Origin: a virus
Virus record (IMG/VR): IMGVR_UViG_3300028742_000001
Direction: 5' to 3' (one strand)
Length of the DNA: 64,000 bases
Below are positions 47,059-56,799 of the stretch, one piece after another; the stretch's first letter is position 1, and every line of letters begins with the position of its first letter. The notes under the pieces were generated by a model, which did not search any database, had not been told where the DNA came from, and worked only from the letters and a program-made list of their open reading frames with translations. The translations under genes and the position numbers were made by a program.

Positions 47059-47491
47059 GTCTTAGGTACTCCGATGCTCGGTCGACTATCACAGGATCAT
47101 CTTTCAGGTTACCAATAGCTGAGTTGCATCCTTTGCAAAGGAGGCCGCGTACCTTACCGGTAAGATGGTCGTGATCGACATGCGGTACGCCAAAGGGCTC
47201 TAGGCATATCGCGCACTTATTGTCTTGCTCCGTAAGCATTGCATCATGACGTTCAATAGTCAGATCGTAACGCAGCTTCAGGTGCGATTTTTTCTTTGAT
47301 ACAGGATTTTGTGGCTTACGTTTATGACTACGAGCCCAATCTCTGCGTTGTTTGTTATACAACTCTCGGTTTTCTTTTGCCCACTTCTGAAGTCTGAGCT
47401 TTGCGCAAGCCCTACACACCCTACCCCCGTTCTTTCGGAGTAGGGTGTTTTCAGGAGAGAACTCATGTCCACGACTGCAATGGGTTATCAT
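47033..47491 (-). CDS. Recombination endonuclease VII family protein (second copy, inside the tail module)
   Basis: CAICLEPFGVPHVDHDHLTGKVRGLLCKGCNSAIGNLKDDP. Confidence 0.85.
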   Translation of the reverse strand: MITHCSRGHEFSPENTLLRKNGGRVCRACAKLRLQKWAKENRELYNKQRRDWARSHKRKPQNPVSKKKSHLKLRYDLTIERHDAMLTEQDNKCAICLEPFGVPHVDHDHLTGKVRGLLCKGCNSAIGNLKDDPVIVDRASEYLRRANPIRSQ

Positions 47492-47505
47492 TGGGTTTTA
47501 TTATA

Positions 47506-50500
47506 TCAATTTTCTTGATAAAAAGCACCAAAAACCGTCAGCGTAAGCAACTCATTTTGAGCTGCCTCGGTCGCCCAAATTACCTTCATTTGCATGTGAC
47601 GGCAAACTGCACCCGAGTCGATGTCTGCCAGATAGAATCGCTGGCTAGGTATCGAGCGGGATCGTCCCAGGGTCGGTGGGTCAGGGACATTCTCTTTCAA
47701 GATGTCGAACGTTCCGGTGTAGTATGGAAGGGCTTCATCCATAAGTACACCGAGTGTCAGCGGCGTTCCGAACGGTGCACTGTCGGTGACGATATAGCTG
47801 ACAACCGCGACTTGGCCGGGCTGCGCTAAGACGGCTGAACCGATCACAGCGTTAGCCGGATAGCTCACCCCATTGTCCTGCGAGGCGTTCAAATCTCGAT
47901 TCAAGATCGGGCCGGTACCGGTGGGACCAAGCAAGAGTCGGTGGACTCCAGGGGTCACTTCGATACTCGTCACTGCCTTGCATCCGCCTTGGATCGTTGC
48001 GAACGGTGACCACGTGTAGCCGGACTCCGGTGAAGGAGTGGCCATCAAGCGGAACCAACCGTTGACACCATCTGAGACGTACCAAGCTTTATCTTCACCT
48101 TGGACATGCCATGTGACGTAGACATTAGCCGGGTTCCAGTTCTGACCAATGTTGCCACTAGTCTGACGGAGTTGATCGCCAATCGGGAAGCCTGCATCTG
48201 TGACACCCGCCGCTGGGTCGATGATGATGAACTCGTTGTCAGTGCTGAAGAAGCCAATGATCGAGCCATTGATATCGAGCGCGTCGTAGTTCAACAGACC
48301 AATGCCTGTCATGATTGGGATCGCCGACTGGATCGGGCTCTGAGACGTTCCTGATCCTTGGATCAAGTATACGTCCGAAACGGTGAAGACCATCAAGCCC
48401 GAGGTCGTCGGAACCATTCTCTTCACGAGTGAAGGAAAGGTATCGAAGTCGAGCGGAGACGTACCGTTTACGCCGTTGCCGATTGGTGTATCCGGTCCTG
48501 ATGTCCAGTATACCGTATTTCCTATCGAGTAGAAGATACGGTTGAGATGGAAGGTCAGGTTGATCGCGCCGTTGGCCGGTGGGGTATTCTCTCCGCCGAT
48601 AGGAGCTTCAATCAAGTTATTTAGGCCGGTGTCAGGTGTCGTGTCAGTATATCCGCTCGTGATGTACGTCGACAGCGGAATCGTGTAGACCGTGTTCGTG
48701 CCGGGGATGAGGAATGGTGTTGCTTCTCCATCAGTGGTACGAAAGATCGCCACGTAGTCTGCTTGTGGGTCGATGTCAGCGAGGTTACCCAGACCGGAGG
48801 CCGGAGGGATCGTGACACTAGCAAAGCCGACATGATTTCCGGTCGCTATCGAGAGCTGGGTCGCGTTGCTTACTGTGTTGTCAAGCGTATTCACGAGCGC
48901 GATTGCATATTGCCAACCGCCGTTGAACGTGCTCAAACTTCCAGCAGGAGGTTGCGTTGCAGCGCCCTGATTGATCCAGATCAGATTAGGATTGTCGAGC
49001 GTCAGGCCATTCAACGCCGTGGTGAATGTAGGGGCAGTCGTGCCGGTTGCGCCGGTACGGAATGGTCCCTCCGTGTAGCCGTTGGGGTCGATGATGACGT
49101 TATTCGGAAGCGTGTAGTTAACGTTTGGAAGGAACGTGAAGTCCGTTACCGGACCCAGGTTGCTCCAAACGTATTGACCAGCCGACTCTGATACTGTAGC
49201 GTAGTTCGGAGCGTTTGATGTAGTGAACGCTGGCCATACGGGTTCTGCTGTGCCAGTAGTCGCTGTGCCGAATGGGATTGTCTGTCCGTTAGCTGATAGG
49301 TTAAGTTGCTGGCCGGAATGGAACCAGTAAGCGTAGTCAATCTCGTAATGGTAAGTGCCAGCGGTCGGAAAGTTCAGGACGAATGAGTTCGTGGAGATAC
49401 CACCAGCTTCGAAGCGATTGTTGTTACCACCGAATACTGGGTATCCCTGCACTGCCGTCTGCGTTGGATTCGTGCCGCCACCCGAGGGAGGGATGTTTGG
49501 TCCAGAGACATACTGCGCGCCGTCGCCGATGCCCCACAGTACCGCATCGTGACTGACGAGGGTGAAGGCATATTGCCCGGCAACTGGGATATCAAAGCTG
49601 CCGAGAACGACCATCTGATAGTCATGGTCTGCACCTGTTGGGAAGGGTGTCGTGGTTCCTGTGACAACTCCTGCACCGTTTAGGTTATTCCATGACTGAG
49701 TCGCACCGCTTCCTGTTGGGGTACCTGTCATCTGCAAGCTTGAAAGCGTTGTATAGCTTTCTGTAGCACTGCCAAGACTGGTGGGATACGTTAGGTAAAC
49801 TACACCTGGGACCGATCCTTGAGGATAGATATAAGCGGCAATGTTCGAGTTGAACGCGAGTGATGATCCTGATGCAAGCTGAAAGAGACAGTTGGTACCG
49901 GTAGCCGTACCTATTACGAAGTGTCCGTTCGGATACGAGGTGTTTGGTTGCCATACCATTGACGACGCAAGCTGGATCAGCGTGAATACTGCGGTGCCAG
50001 AAGTCGTCGTAGCTCCTACAGTTGTCTGCCATGTCGGTGTTGAACCTGCTGTGAGTCCTGCTGTCGTTACTTGCTGGAGATTCCCGTTTGAGTCGATGAG
50101 GACGCCTGGGAGCGAGTAGTACGTGGAAGCCTGCCACGATACGCGCGACGAGCCAACGACCGGAGTAACGACTCCGGTAGGAGCAGCAATTCCCCAATTC
50201 TCCATAGGGTTGCCGCGATTAGTCCAAACAGAAGTACCATCGGTCGTGGTTCCTCCCTGAAAGTTATTGCCTACAGAAGGAACGGTTTCGTTCCAAGTTG
50301 GTTCAGTGCCGCCAGAAATACCTGCGGTAGTTAGCTGCTGAATGTTTCCTGCGGGATCAATCAAGAACGTGGTGAAGGTGGGCGTGCTGTTGTTAGTCCA
50401 GTTGAAACCAGCCTGCCATGTAGTGAGCGTCTGTACCCACTTCTTATTGTCGATACCGTTGCCGAAGTAAAGCGAGTTTCCTACCGACTGCATGAAGGTC

Positions 50501-50901
50501 GAACCTGCGCCAGCGGTCTTCGTAAATATTTGCGTTTGTATACCGTCGAACAAAGAGAACAACGCTGCGGCCTGGTCGATCATGACATAAATCTCTTCAG
50601 TCGTGAGATTGAAAAGGCGGAAGTCATAGAAGCGGTCGACGCTGTTCCATGTGTTGCTGTCATATACCGAGTTGCCAGGGCGACGACCGAGCGTTAGACG
50701 ATTAGTGATCTCGACGTTGGAACCAGCGATGAGAGCATCACCGCTGGCACCATAAAACTTTTCCGTCAAGCGCGTCGTGTTTGCATCTCGCAGAGGACTA
50801 CGATTCGTCCAGATACCACTAGACCAGCGACCTGTGTAAATAGGTGCAAAGCGAGTTTGTTTCTGAGCTTGGCCACCGGCCAAACCTATGAGATTCGGCA
50901 T
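47506..50901 (-). CDS. Large virion structural protein (1131 aa)
   Basis: AAGGAG SD. Very long beta-rich ORF. No catalytic motif seen. Confidence 0.85.
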   Translation of the reverse strand: MPNLIGLAGGQAQKQTRFAPIYTGRWSSGIWTNRSPLRDANTTRLTEKFYGASGDALIAGSNVEITNRLTLGRRPGNSVYDSNTWNSVDRFYDFRLFNLTTEEIYVMIDQAAALFSLFDGIQTQIFTKTAGAGSTFMQSVGNSLYFGNGIDNKKWVQTLTTWQAGFNWTNNSTPTFTTFLIDPAGNIQQLTTAGISGGTEPTWNETVPSVGNNFQGGTTTDGTSVWTNRGNPMENWGIAAPTGVVTPVVGSSRVSWQASTYYSLPGVLIDSNGNLQQVTTAGLTAGSTPTWQTTVGATTTSGTAVFTLIQLASSMVWQPNTSYPNGHFVIGTATGTNCLFQLASGSSLAFNSNIAAYIYPQGSVPGVVYLTYPTSLGSATESYTTLSSLQMTGTPTGSGATQSWNNLNGAGVVTGTTTPFPTGADHDYQMVVLGSFDIPVAGQYAFTLVSHDAVLWGIGDGAQYVSGPNIPPSGGGTNPTQTAVQGYPVFGGNNNRFEAGGISTNSFVLNFPTAGTYHYEIDYAYWFHSGQQLNLSANGQTIPFGTATTGTAEPVWPAFTTSNAPNYATVSESAGQYVWSNLGPVTDFTFLPNVNYTLPNNVIIDPNGYTEGPFRTGATGTTAPTFTTALNGLTLDNPNLIWINQGAATQPPAGSLSTFNGGWQYAIALVNTLDNTVSNATQLSIATGNHVGFASVTIPPASGLGNLADIDPQADYVAIFRTTDGEATPFLIPGTNTVYTIPLSTYITSGYTDTTPDTGLNNLIEAPIGGENTPPANGAINLTFHLNRIFYSIGNTVYWTSGPDTPIGNGVNGTSPLDFDTFPSLVKRMVPTTSGLMVFTVSDVYLIQGSGTSQSPIQSAIPIMTGIGLLNYDALDINGSIIGFFSTDNEFIIIDPAAGVTDAGFPIGDQLRQTSGNIGQNWNPANVYVTWHVQGEDKAWYVSDGVNGWFRLMATPSPESGYTWSPFATIQGGCKAVTSIEVTPGVHRLLLGPTGTGPILNRDLNASQDNGVSYPANAVIGSAVLAQPGQVAVVSYIVTDSAPFGTPLTLGVLMDEALPYYTGTFDILKENVPDPPTLGRSRSIPSQRFYLADIDSGAVCRHMQMKVIWATEAAQNELLTLTVFGAFYQEN

Positions 50902-50916
50902 ATTGCTCCTTCTTTG

Positions 50917-53100
50917 TTACACGATGCTTGTAATGATTCCGCCGACAACTGTTACAGTCTTGCTATCCTCACTGACGAAAGAACCGGTAGCTCCGGCCAG
51001 CGGCGCTCCGGTTTGGTTTGTGACGAAGGTATTGGCTAGTAAGTTGCCACTGAAACTCCACCATCCGTTTGTCGGACTGTATATGAAGTTGCCACTTTCG
51101 TTATAGTTAAACTGAATAACGAATACGTCGGCTTGAGTTACACCATCAAAAGGACTACCCACTTTTATTAGTGGGTATTGCGCATCAGTACCGGACTGCG
51201 GAGCGTTGCCGAAGAACAAACCAGTGCTGTAGGGGCCTGTGAACGTCAATGCTCCCGGCGCTACCAGTGTATTGTTTGCATTTCCTCCACCACCATAATA
51301 AGTTACCGGGTTATAGTTATTGGCCTGAATGTGATTAGTGTTGCCACCACCCCACCCTGTCCCACCAATATCCAATAGAAACCCTGAACTACCGTGACGA
51401 GGATTAGCAGGGGTTATTTGTGATTTGATAATCCACATTCCCGTACCGCCGTAAACAGGGTAATGGGGATTTTCTACTACGTCTCCCGCAGTCCATGGTA
51501 CGTTATTCTGTTCGATATGGCCTGCTGGATTGTTATAGTCTGGATTGGATACGATCTCTGCGCCGGGGTATATTGTAAACTCTGAGTTTGCTGTTCCGTC
51601 AGATGTCCATTGTTCACTACCTGCCTGCGGTAGTAAGTTAGTTGTTCCTCCACCTACATTAAGTCCGTATATTAGATTAGTACCGTCGAGAGACCCGAAG
51701 GCATAGTAGCTAGAACGCATTCCAGAGAAAGCTAGGTTAGCCGCAGAGCTAATATATCCGCCAGCTACTCCACCCTTGAATATAATTACTTGAGAGTTAG
51801 GGTTGCGCAGTAAGCAAGTCACACGCTGCGTCGTACCTGTAGTAGTTACCGCTGTGATGACGGACTGTTCTGGATAGCTCGTGCCTGCAACAGATATATG
51901 ATCTCCTACACTGAAACCATTAGTGCTGTCGTTGAAGGTGACAAGTTGTATCGTAAAAGTACACGATACGGGGGAGTCAGCAGTGCAACTTTGATTAGGT
52001 ATCTGCTCAAAGCTTGTTCCTTGATTCTGCCATGACCCTGATGTTGCAGGATTTTGATTTAGGTTTCCAGCAACAGTAGACTGGTAGTAGTTTCCATCCG
52101 TGTAGAGTACAACCTCTCGGTCGGTATATGTTACAGAAGAGTCCCAATTAGGAATTATCCCGTAACCTATAGCAGTTGAAATAGGGATGCTACTTGCTGT
52201 GCAGCCGAACGAGTACAGATATGTGTCAGTCTCCGTACCATTCAAGTCTAACTGTACAAAAGTTGTGCCTGAGCTTGGAGTAGGTACTGTAACTCTACTA
52301 GACACTATAGGTCTGCTGATATTCAGCATAAAAGCACCGTCAGTTGTCCAGTTGTTACCAGAGGTTGCAGAACTCCAAACGGGCGAACGGTCGTTAACTC
52401 CGCTGGAAGATACTACTGTTCCGTGATAATATCCTACATTTTCGCTCTGTTCACATTGCAGACCAGTGACACCCTCGTCAGACTGAGCAGACACTCCGCC
52501 ATCAGTGAAGACGTAGCCGTAGATACCTGCCGTGTCTCCGGCTGAATGTTTGTTGATAATGAAGGAAGTATTTTGATGAATACCACGTACTCCGGTATTG
52601 AGCACAGAGGACATCCCATGACCTACAGTCCATAGACCGGCGTTGCCTAGAGAGAAGCCTGACCCTTCAATTGTGAAGTTAGTGTCTAATCCTACGTAGT
52701 TAGAAAAGTACCCATAATTAGATATGCTATTGTAGTCAGTAGTGGATGGGAGCAAGACGGGTATTGGGTTCTGTGATCCTAAACTCAAAGTACCAGGCCA
52801 AGACATATCCCATTGGTTACTTTGATTTAAGTTGCTTAGACTAGCGCCTGTACCTTGTACTTCTAATCCATTCTCAGTGTAAGCTGGAAGAATTGTGGTA
52901 GCACTGGGGACTACACCACCTCCGCCCCCCGGCTCGACGTATGCCGATATATTACCATCGCTATCAGTCTGCCAGTTGATATTCGCCATACCCTCTGGTG
53001 GGGCAGGCGTGTTGTCGCTGAGACAAACCACGCCGTATTCACGGAGATAGCGGTTGAGGTTCTTGGTAGGCTGGAACTGAAAGCCGTTAGGGTGCGTCAT
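50917..53100 (-). CDS. Tail fibre / receptor-binding protein (727 aa)
   Basis: GGAG SD. N-terminal module LSDNTPAPPEGMANINWQTDSDGNISAYVEPGGGGG is shared with 53122..53763. Gly/Asn/Thr/Ser-rich beta body. Confidence 0.8.
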   Translation of the reverse strand: MTHPNGFQFQPTKNLNRYLREYGVVCLSDNTPAPPEGMANINWQTDSDGNISAYVEPGGGGGVVPSATTILPAYTENGLEVQGTGASLSNLNQSNQWDMSWPGTLSLGSQNPIPVLLPSTTDYNSISNYGYFSNYVGLDTNFTIEGSGFSLGNAGLWTVGHGMSSVLNTGVRGIHQNTSFIINKHSAGDTAGIYGYVFTDGGVSAQSDEGVTGLQCEQSENVGYYHGTVVSSSGVNDRSPVWSSATSGNNWTTDGAFMLNISRPIVSSRVTVPTPSSGTTFVQLDLNGTETDTYLYSFGCTASSIPISTAIGYGIIPNWDSSVTYTDREVVLYTDGNYYQSTVAGNLNQNPATSGSWQNQGTSFEQIPNQSCTADSPVSCTFTIQLVTFNDSTNGFSVGDHISVAGTSYPEQSVITAVTTTGTTQRVTCLLRNPNSQVIIFKGGVAGGYISSAANLAFSGMRSSYYAFGSLDGTNLIYGLNVGGGTTNLLPQAGSEQWTSDGTANSEFTIYPGAEIVSNPDYNNPAGHIEQNNVPWTAGDVVENPHYPVYGGTGMWIIKSQITPANPRHGSSGFLLDIGGTGWGGGNTNHIQANNYNPVTYYGGGGNANNTLVAPGALTFTGPYSTGLFFGNAPQSGTDAQYPLIKVGSPFDGVTQADVFVIQFNYNESGNFIYSPTNGWWSFSGNLLANTFVTNQTGAPLAGATGSFVSEDSKTVTVVGGIITSIV

Positions 53101-53121
53101 GTATATCTCCGAGTGTTACGA

Positions 53122-53763
53122 TTAGACTAACGTGACGGTCTTACGAGTTCCGCCTACAGTGAAATAGAGATTCGTGCCGTCATACTCGAAGGCACCGTTT
53201 ACAGGAGTGTCCACCAGTGTTCCTGCTGTCAAAAGAATAGGGACAACGCTAGAAGCATTGATAGCGAGACTGGCATTCAAAGAAAAAGTCTGCCCGAAAC
53301 CTATTGAAATACCTTGGTCAGTGTTAGGTATCGCTAATCCATTGACGTTGAATTGGTTGTAAGTAAATCCAGCAGAACGAAACTGATAAGCTCCACCGCT
53401 TAGTGTATCGAAGTAAAAAGTAGGGTCTGACGGAGACGCTACGAAACCCTGACGAAGATCGTTATCGTTACTACCACCTAACGTTAGGCTACAATAAGTA
53501 CTAGACGGTAGTTGCTCGGCAAGTAGGTTTGGTACGGATGTAAAGTTACCATCCCCATCGGTCGTCTGAATAGAGGCTACCGGACCTGACGCAGTACTGC
53601 CGCCCCCTCCTGATACATATCCTGATACGTTACCGAACACGTCGAACTGCCATGTGATGTTAGTCGCGCCATCTGGGGCTGCGGGAAGAGTGTCGTTGAG
53701 CGTAACCGCGTCAAAGGTGCGCAGAGCTACGTTCAGATTATTGGTAAACATTTGAACTGACAT
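53122..53763 (-). CDS. Tail fibre protein (213 aa)
   Basis: N-terminal LNDTLPAAPDGATNITWQFDVFGNVSGYVSGGGGS. C-terminal PVNGAFEYDGTNLYFTVGGTRKTVTLV. Confidence 0.75.
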   Translation of the reverse strand: MSVQMFTNNLNVALRTFDAVTLNDTLPAAPDGATNITWQFDVFGNVSGYVSGGGGSTASGPVASIQTTDGDGNFTSVPNLLAEQLPSSTYCSLTLGGSNDNDLRQGFVASPSDPTFYFDTLSGGAYQFRSAGFTYNQFNVNGLAIPNTDQGISIGFGQTFSLNASLAINASSVVPILLTAGTLVDTPVNGAFEYDGTNLYFTVGGTRKTVTLV

Positions 53764-53778
53764 TTGTATCAATCTCCG

Positions 53779-54279
53779 TTACAAGTTGTAATAAGGCATC
53801 TTGAAGTTTGTGCCGTTGATGCTGATGGTCACATAGCCTGCTGGTGGTGAGGGGAGGGCTGATGCTGAACCGGATGTTGCGCTGGTGTAGGTCGTAGCTT
53901 GTGATACGGAGAGCTGACCTTGCAGTCCGCCAGATACGTTCACACTGCCTGGAACCCATGCTCCAATGCTGAACGGTGATGGCGTACTCAATACCTGCTG
54001 TGCGTTCGGCCCCCATACAAGCTGACCGTTTTCGCTATATGCAGATACGATATAAAACGTGTTCGCTGGGGCAATAACATCGTTAGGCCAAATACTAGGT
54101 GTACCTAACACGTTACCGCTACCGTCGAGCGGTATGTTTAGTTTAGAGCCTGCCGTGATCTCGGTCGTACCGTTGACCTGTGCATCTTGGCTTAGCTGAA
54201 ATATGAGATAACCAGATGCTAATGGGTTTCCTTCGGCGTCTTGAAAGCCCCCACCTGCGATGACCACTTTGCTTGCCAT
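53779..54279 (-). CDS. Tail fibre protein (166 aa), N-terminal paralogue of 55424..55765
   Basis: FQDAEGNPLASGYL...LDGSGNVLGTPSIWPN..PANTFYIVSAYSENGQLV. C-terminal ISINGTNFKMPYYNL. Confidence 0.75.
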   Translation of the reverse strand: MASKVVIAGGGFQDAEGNPLASGYLIFQLSQDAQVNGTTEITAGSKLNIPLDGSGNVLGTPSIWPNDVIAPANTFYIVSAYSENGQLVWGPNAQQVLSTPSPFSIGAWVPGSVNVSGGLQGQLSVSQATTYTSATSGSASALPSPPAGYVTISINGTNFKMPYYNL

Positions 54280-54287
54280 GATGCTCC

Positions 54288-55415
54288 TTATACCGAGTAG
54301 TACGGAATCTTCACAGTCGTACCGTTGATGACTGTCTCCCAGAACCCTAGTGGGTTTGCAGGAAGAGTTTCGCTACCGGCTGTCGCTGTCGTGGCGACTG
54401 TCGCAGAGCTAATAGTTAGTGAGCCAGTTTCAACGCTGCCCTGTACACTAATGTTAGGTACTTGGAACTGAAAGTCTGATCCTGATCCGCTGGTGTGTGA
54501 TAGCACGAGAGTAGACACTGGATTTGAACCAGAAGAGAGCACTACACCTAGTTCCCAACTTTCTGAGACACTTGCTGACCCATTCCAATAGTTGCTAGAA
54601 AATACTAATGGTGGGGCGGCAGAGTTGGTGACGTTAGTCGCCGCCGAGGTGCTATACACTAGAACCTCACCGGCAAAGTTTGCCTCTAGTCCATTAACAA
54701 TGCCGCTAAAGTCTGCATTTACACCGTTGAAATTTTCAGCAAAAACATCGGAATTGAACTGTAAAAGATGAGTACCGCTTGATCCGGAAAATACAAGAGC
54801 AAGCGTTACAGTGGGATTTGTTCCCGAACCGGGCTGCACTTGCCACGACCATGTGTCGGTCTGGGATGTACTGCCGTCCCAATAGTTACCAACTAGTTCA
54901 AAAATAGGAGAATTCTGATTGGCTGAGTTAGTGGCTGGTGCTGTCGCAAGTACACTTACATTTGAGTCCGATACCCATCCTTCTTCAAAAGTTTGAGCTG
55001 CCGTCCAGTTATTATTTATATTGGTCTGTGGTACGTTTACTAGAAGGTTCTGCCACCCGGTATTCGTAAAGACTAAGAGCTGCTGAGCGCCGACGCTCCA
55101 CACTTGCCAACCGTTGTTTGGAGTGTAGTAAACCCATGCTGGTACCTTTGTATTAGTGCCGGGCGTGGTGACCTCTGTCGACCATACTGCCAATGCGCTT
55201 CCGTGGCCTGCCCACGTCCCTGTAGGGCTCGTGCCTACGATGTATGCGTCTCCGTTCGCTGGAGAACTTGGAGCCGTATTGCCGCCTGCACTAATGACCG
55301 TGGCCTGCACCAGACTATCGAAGCCGATGAGGAAAGGTCGGAACGCATCATAGTAGACTTCATTGATATCAGCGTTGATAAAAAGATTTAGTTTTGGGCC
55401 GAAATCTATTGCCAT
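54288..55415 (-). CDS. Tail fibre protein with DUF2793-like N-terminal domain and internal duplication
   Basis: PANGDAYIVGTSPTGTWAGHGSALAVWS...WVYYTPNNGWQVWSVGAQQLLVFTNTGW (DUF2793-like). Two roughly 70-aa repeats. C-terminal VINGTTVKIPYYSV. Confidence 0.8.
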   Translation of the reverse strand: MAIDFGPKLNLFINADINEVYYDAFRPFLIGFDSLVQATVISAGGNTAPSSPANGDAYIVGTSPTGTWAGHGSALAVWSTEVTTPGTNTKVPAWVYYTPNNGWQVWSVGAQQLLVFTNTGWQNLLVNVPQTNINNNWTAAQTFEEGWVSDSNVSVLATAPATNSANQNSPIFELVGNYWDGSTSQTDTWSWQVQPGSGTNPTVTLALVFSGSSGTHLLQFNSDVFAENFNGVNADFSGIVNGLEANFAGEVLVYSTSAATNVTNSAAPPLVFSSNYWNGSASVSESWELGVVLSSGSNPVSTLVLSHTSGSGSDFQFQVPNISVQGSVETGSLTISSATVATTATAGSETLPANPLGFWETVINGTTVKIPYYSV

Positions 55416-55423
55416 GATGCTCC

Positions 55424-55765
55424 TTATGAAGAGAATGACGCGCCGAATGCCGCGCCGAAGCCAGTAGGGTTGGACGGAGTAACGGTCACTACAATGGGAG
55501 TGACGGTTACAAGCTGTCCCTCTTCCGTGTAGGCGCGTAGTAAATAAACTGTATTTGCCGGTAGTAAGCTGACATTAGGCCAGAACAACGGCGTACCTGA
55601 TACGTTGCCGCTGCCGTCGAGCTGGACGCGCACTTTACTGTACGCGCCAAGCTGACCGTTTGGTGTCTGACTGTCGGTGCTGATGTTGACAAGGAGAAAG
55701 CCGTTGGCCAGCTCATTCCCCTCAGCGTCAGTAAACTGTGTGACGGGGAGACCGTTCTGTGCCAT
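55424..55765 (-). CDS. Tail fibre-associated protein (113 aa)
   Basis: AAGGAG SD before ATG55765. FTDAEGNELANGFL...LDGSGNVSGTPLFWPN..PANTVYLLRAYTEEGQLV. Confidence 0.7.
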   Translation of the reverse strand: MAQNGLPVTQFTDAEGNELANGFLLVNISTDSQTPNGQLGAYSKVRVQLDGSGNVSGTPLFWPNVSLLPANTVYLLRAYTEEGQLVTVTPIVVTVTPSNPTGFGAAFGASFSS

Positions 55766-55773
55766 GCTACTCC

Positions 55774-56676
55774 TTATGTCTGTCGCGCCTGGAAGCCTTG
55801 ATTCTGTCTCTGCCCGTTGGCAGATGGCGCACCGGTAATTGAGTACCACGTGTTGAGGAAGATGTTCTTTTCCGTCTCCGTGAGACCTTCTGCTGTACCG
55901 AGTAAGCCTGCCATGAACTTTTGATTGGCCGTAGCGAAGCGTGGGTCATCGGCGAACAGCCACATCATCGCGAGGAAACCCCAATTGTAGATGTGGGAAT
56001 ACTCGTCAGGGATTGGTGCCCAAGTCTGCGATAGCTTACTGAAGATCGGGGGTTTCTGCTGGATAGTGATAGCAATAGGATACGCCTTGTCCGGTGTACT
56101 CATCAGACGGAAGGTGACGTTACCGAGGCCATCGTCAGTCTGCGCCGCGATGAAAGCCGGACGTCCCTGAGTCGAATCGAGGCCGAGAGAAATCTTTGCA
56201 CCAAGTTCTACCCATCCTTTTGTCGGATCGTTGACTGACTGCGTCTCCATCCATGCAAAGGTGTAAGAGCCTACTGCTGTCGGGAGCACTGGACCTCTGT
56301 TTGTCCAGGTCACTGACCCGTCCGTAGTTGTGCCTGCGAGCGTGTGGTTCCATGTTGGGCCGGTGCCGGTGGTACCTGCTGTCGTACAGACTTGGGAGTT
56401 ACCTGCATCATCTATGGTGAACCAACCTAGTGTGACGGCTGTTGAGGCAGTGTAATTGAATACGGTGTAGTCCTGCTGGCCTATGACAGTAACAAAGCCA
56501 ATGATGCGACGGTTCCACCGCCATGCAAAGGGCGCGCCCATGATCGTCTGGACCACAGTATTGGCTGAGGTGAGGGCTGGTTCGAGGAAGTCGTTGTTGG
56601 CATTCGTTCGACCAAAATTAAATTTCTTTGCCCATTCCGAGGTCCGAAGGAGGGTTATTGTACTAGATGCTGCCAT
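55774..56676 (-). CDS. Virion structural protein (300 aa)
   Basis: GGAGAG SD before ATG56676. Confidence 0.75.
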   Translation of the reverse strand: MAASSTITLLRTSEWAKKFNFGRTNANNDFLEPALTSANTVVQTIMGAPFAWRWNRRIIGFVTVIGQQDYTVFNYTASTAVTLGWFTIDDAGNSQVCTTAGTTGTGPTWNHTLAGTTTDGSVTWTNRGPVLPTAVGSYTFAWMETQSVNDPTKGWVELGAKISLGLDSTQGRPAFIAAQTDDGLGNVTFRLMSTPDKAYPIAITIQQKPPIFSKLSQTWAPIPDEYSHIYNWGFLAMMWLFADDPRFATANQKFMAGLLGTAEGLTETEKNIFLNTWYSITGAPSANGQRQNQGFQARQT

Positions 56677-56799
56677 TTGATCTCTCCAAATAACCAATGA
56701 GGTTTCTCATATGGTCAGTATCATCTTTCAATATCCCGAGGATCAGGTTGCTCATGCCCGTTTTTACAATGTGTTTTAAGCAATTAAATACCTTATTTA

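Noticed and set aside
50917-55765. Possible diversity-generating retroelement acting on the repeated fibre modules.
   Set aside because: No reverse transcriptase (YxDD) ORF is present in the window. The repeated modules are diverged throughout rather than differing only at adenine-templated positions.
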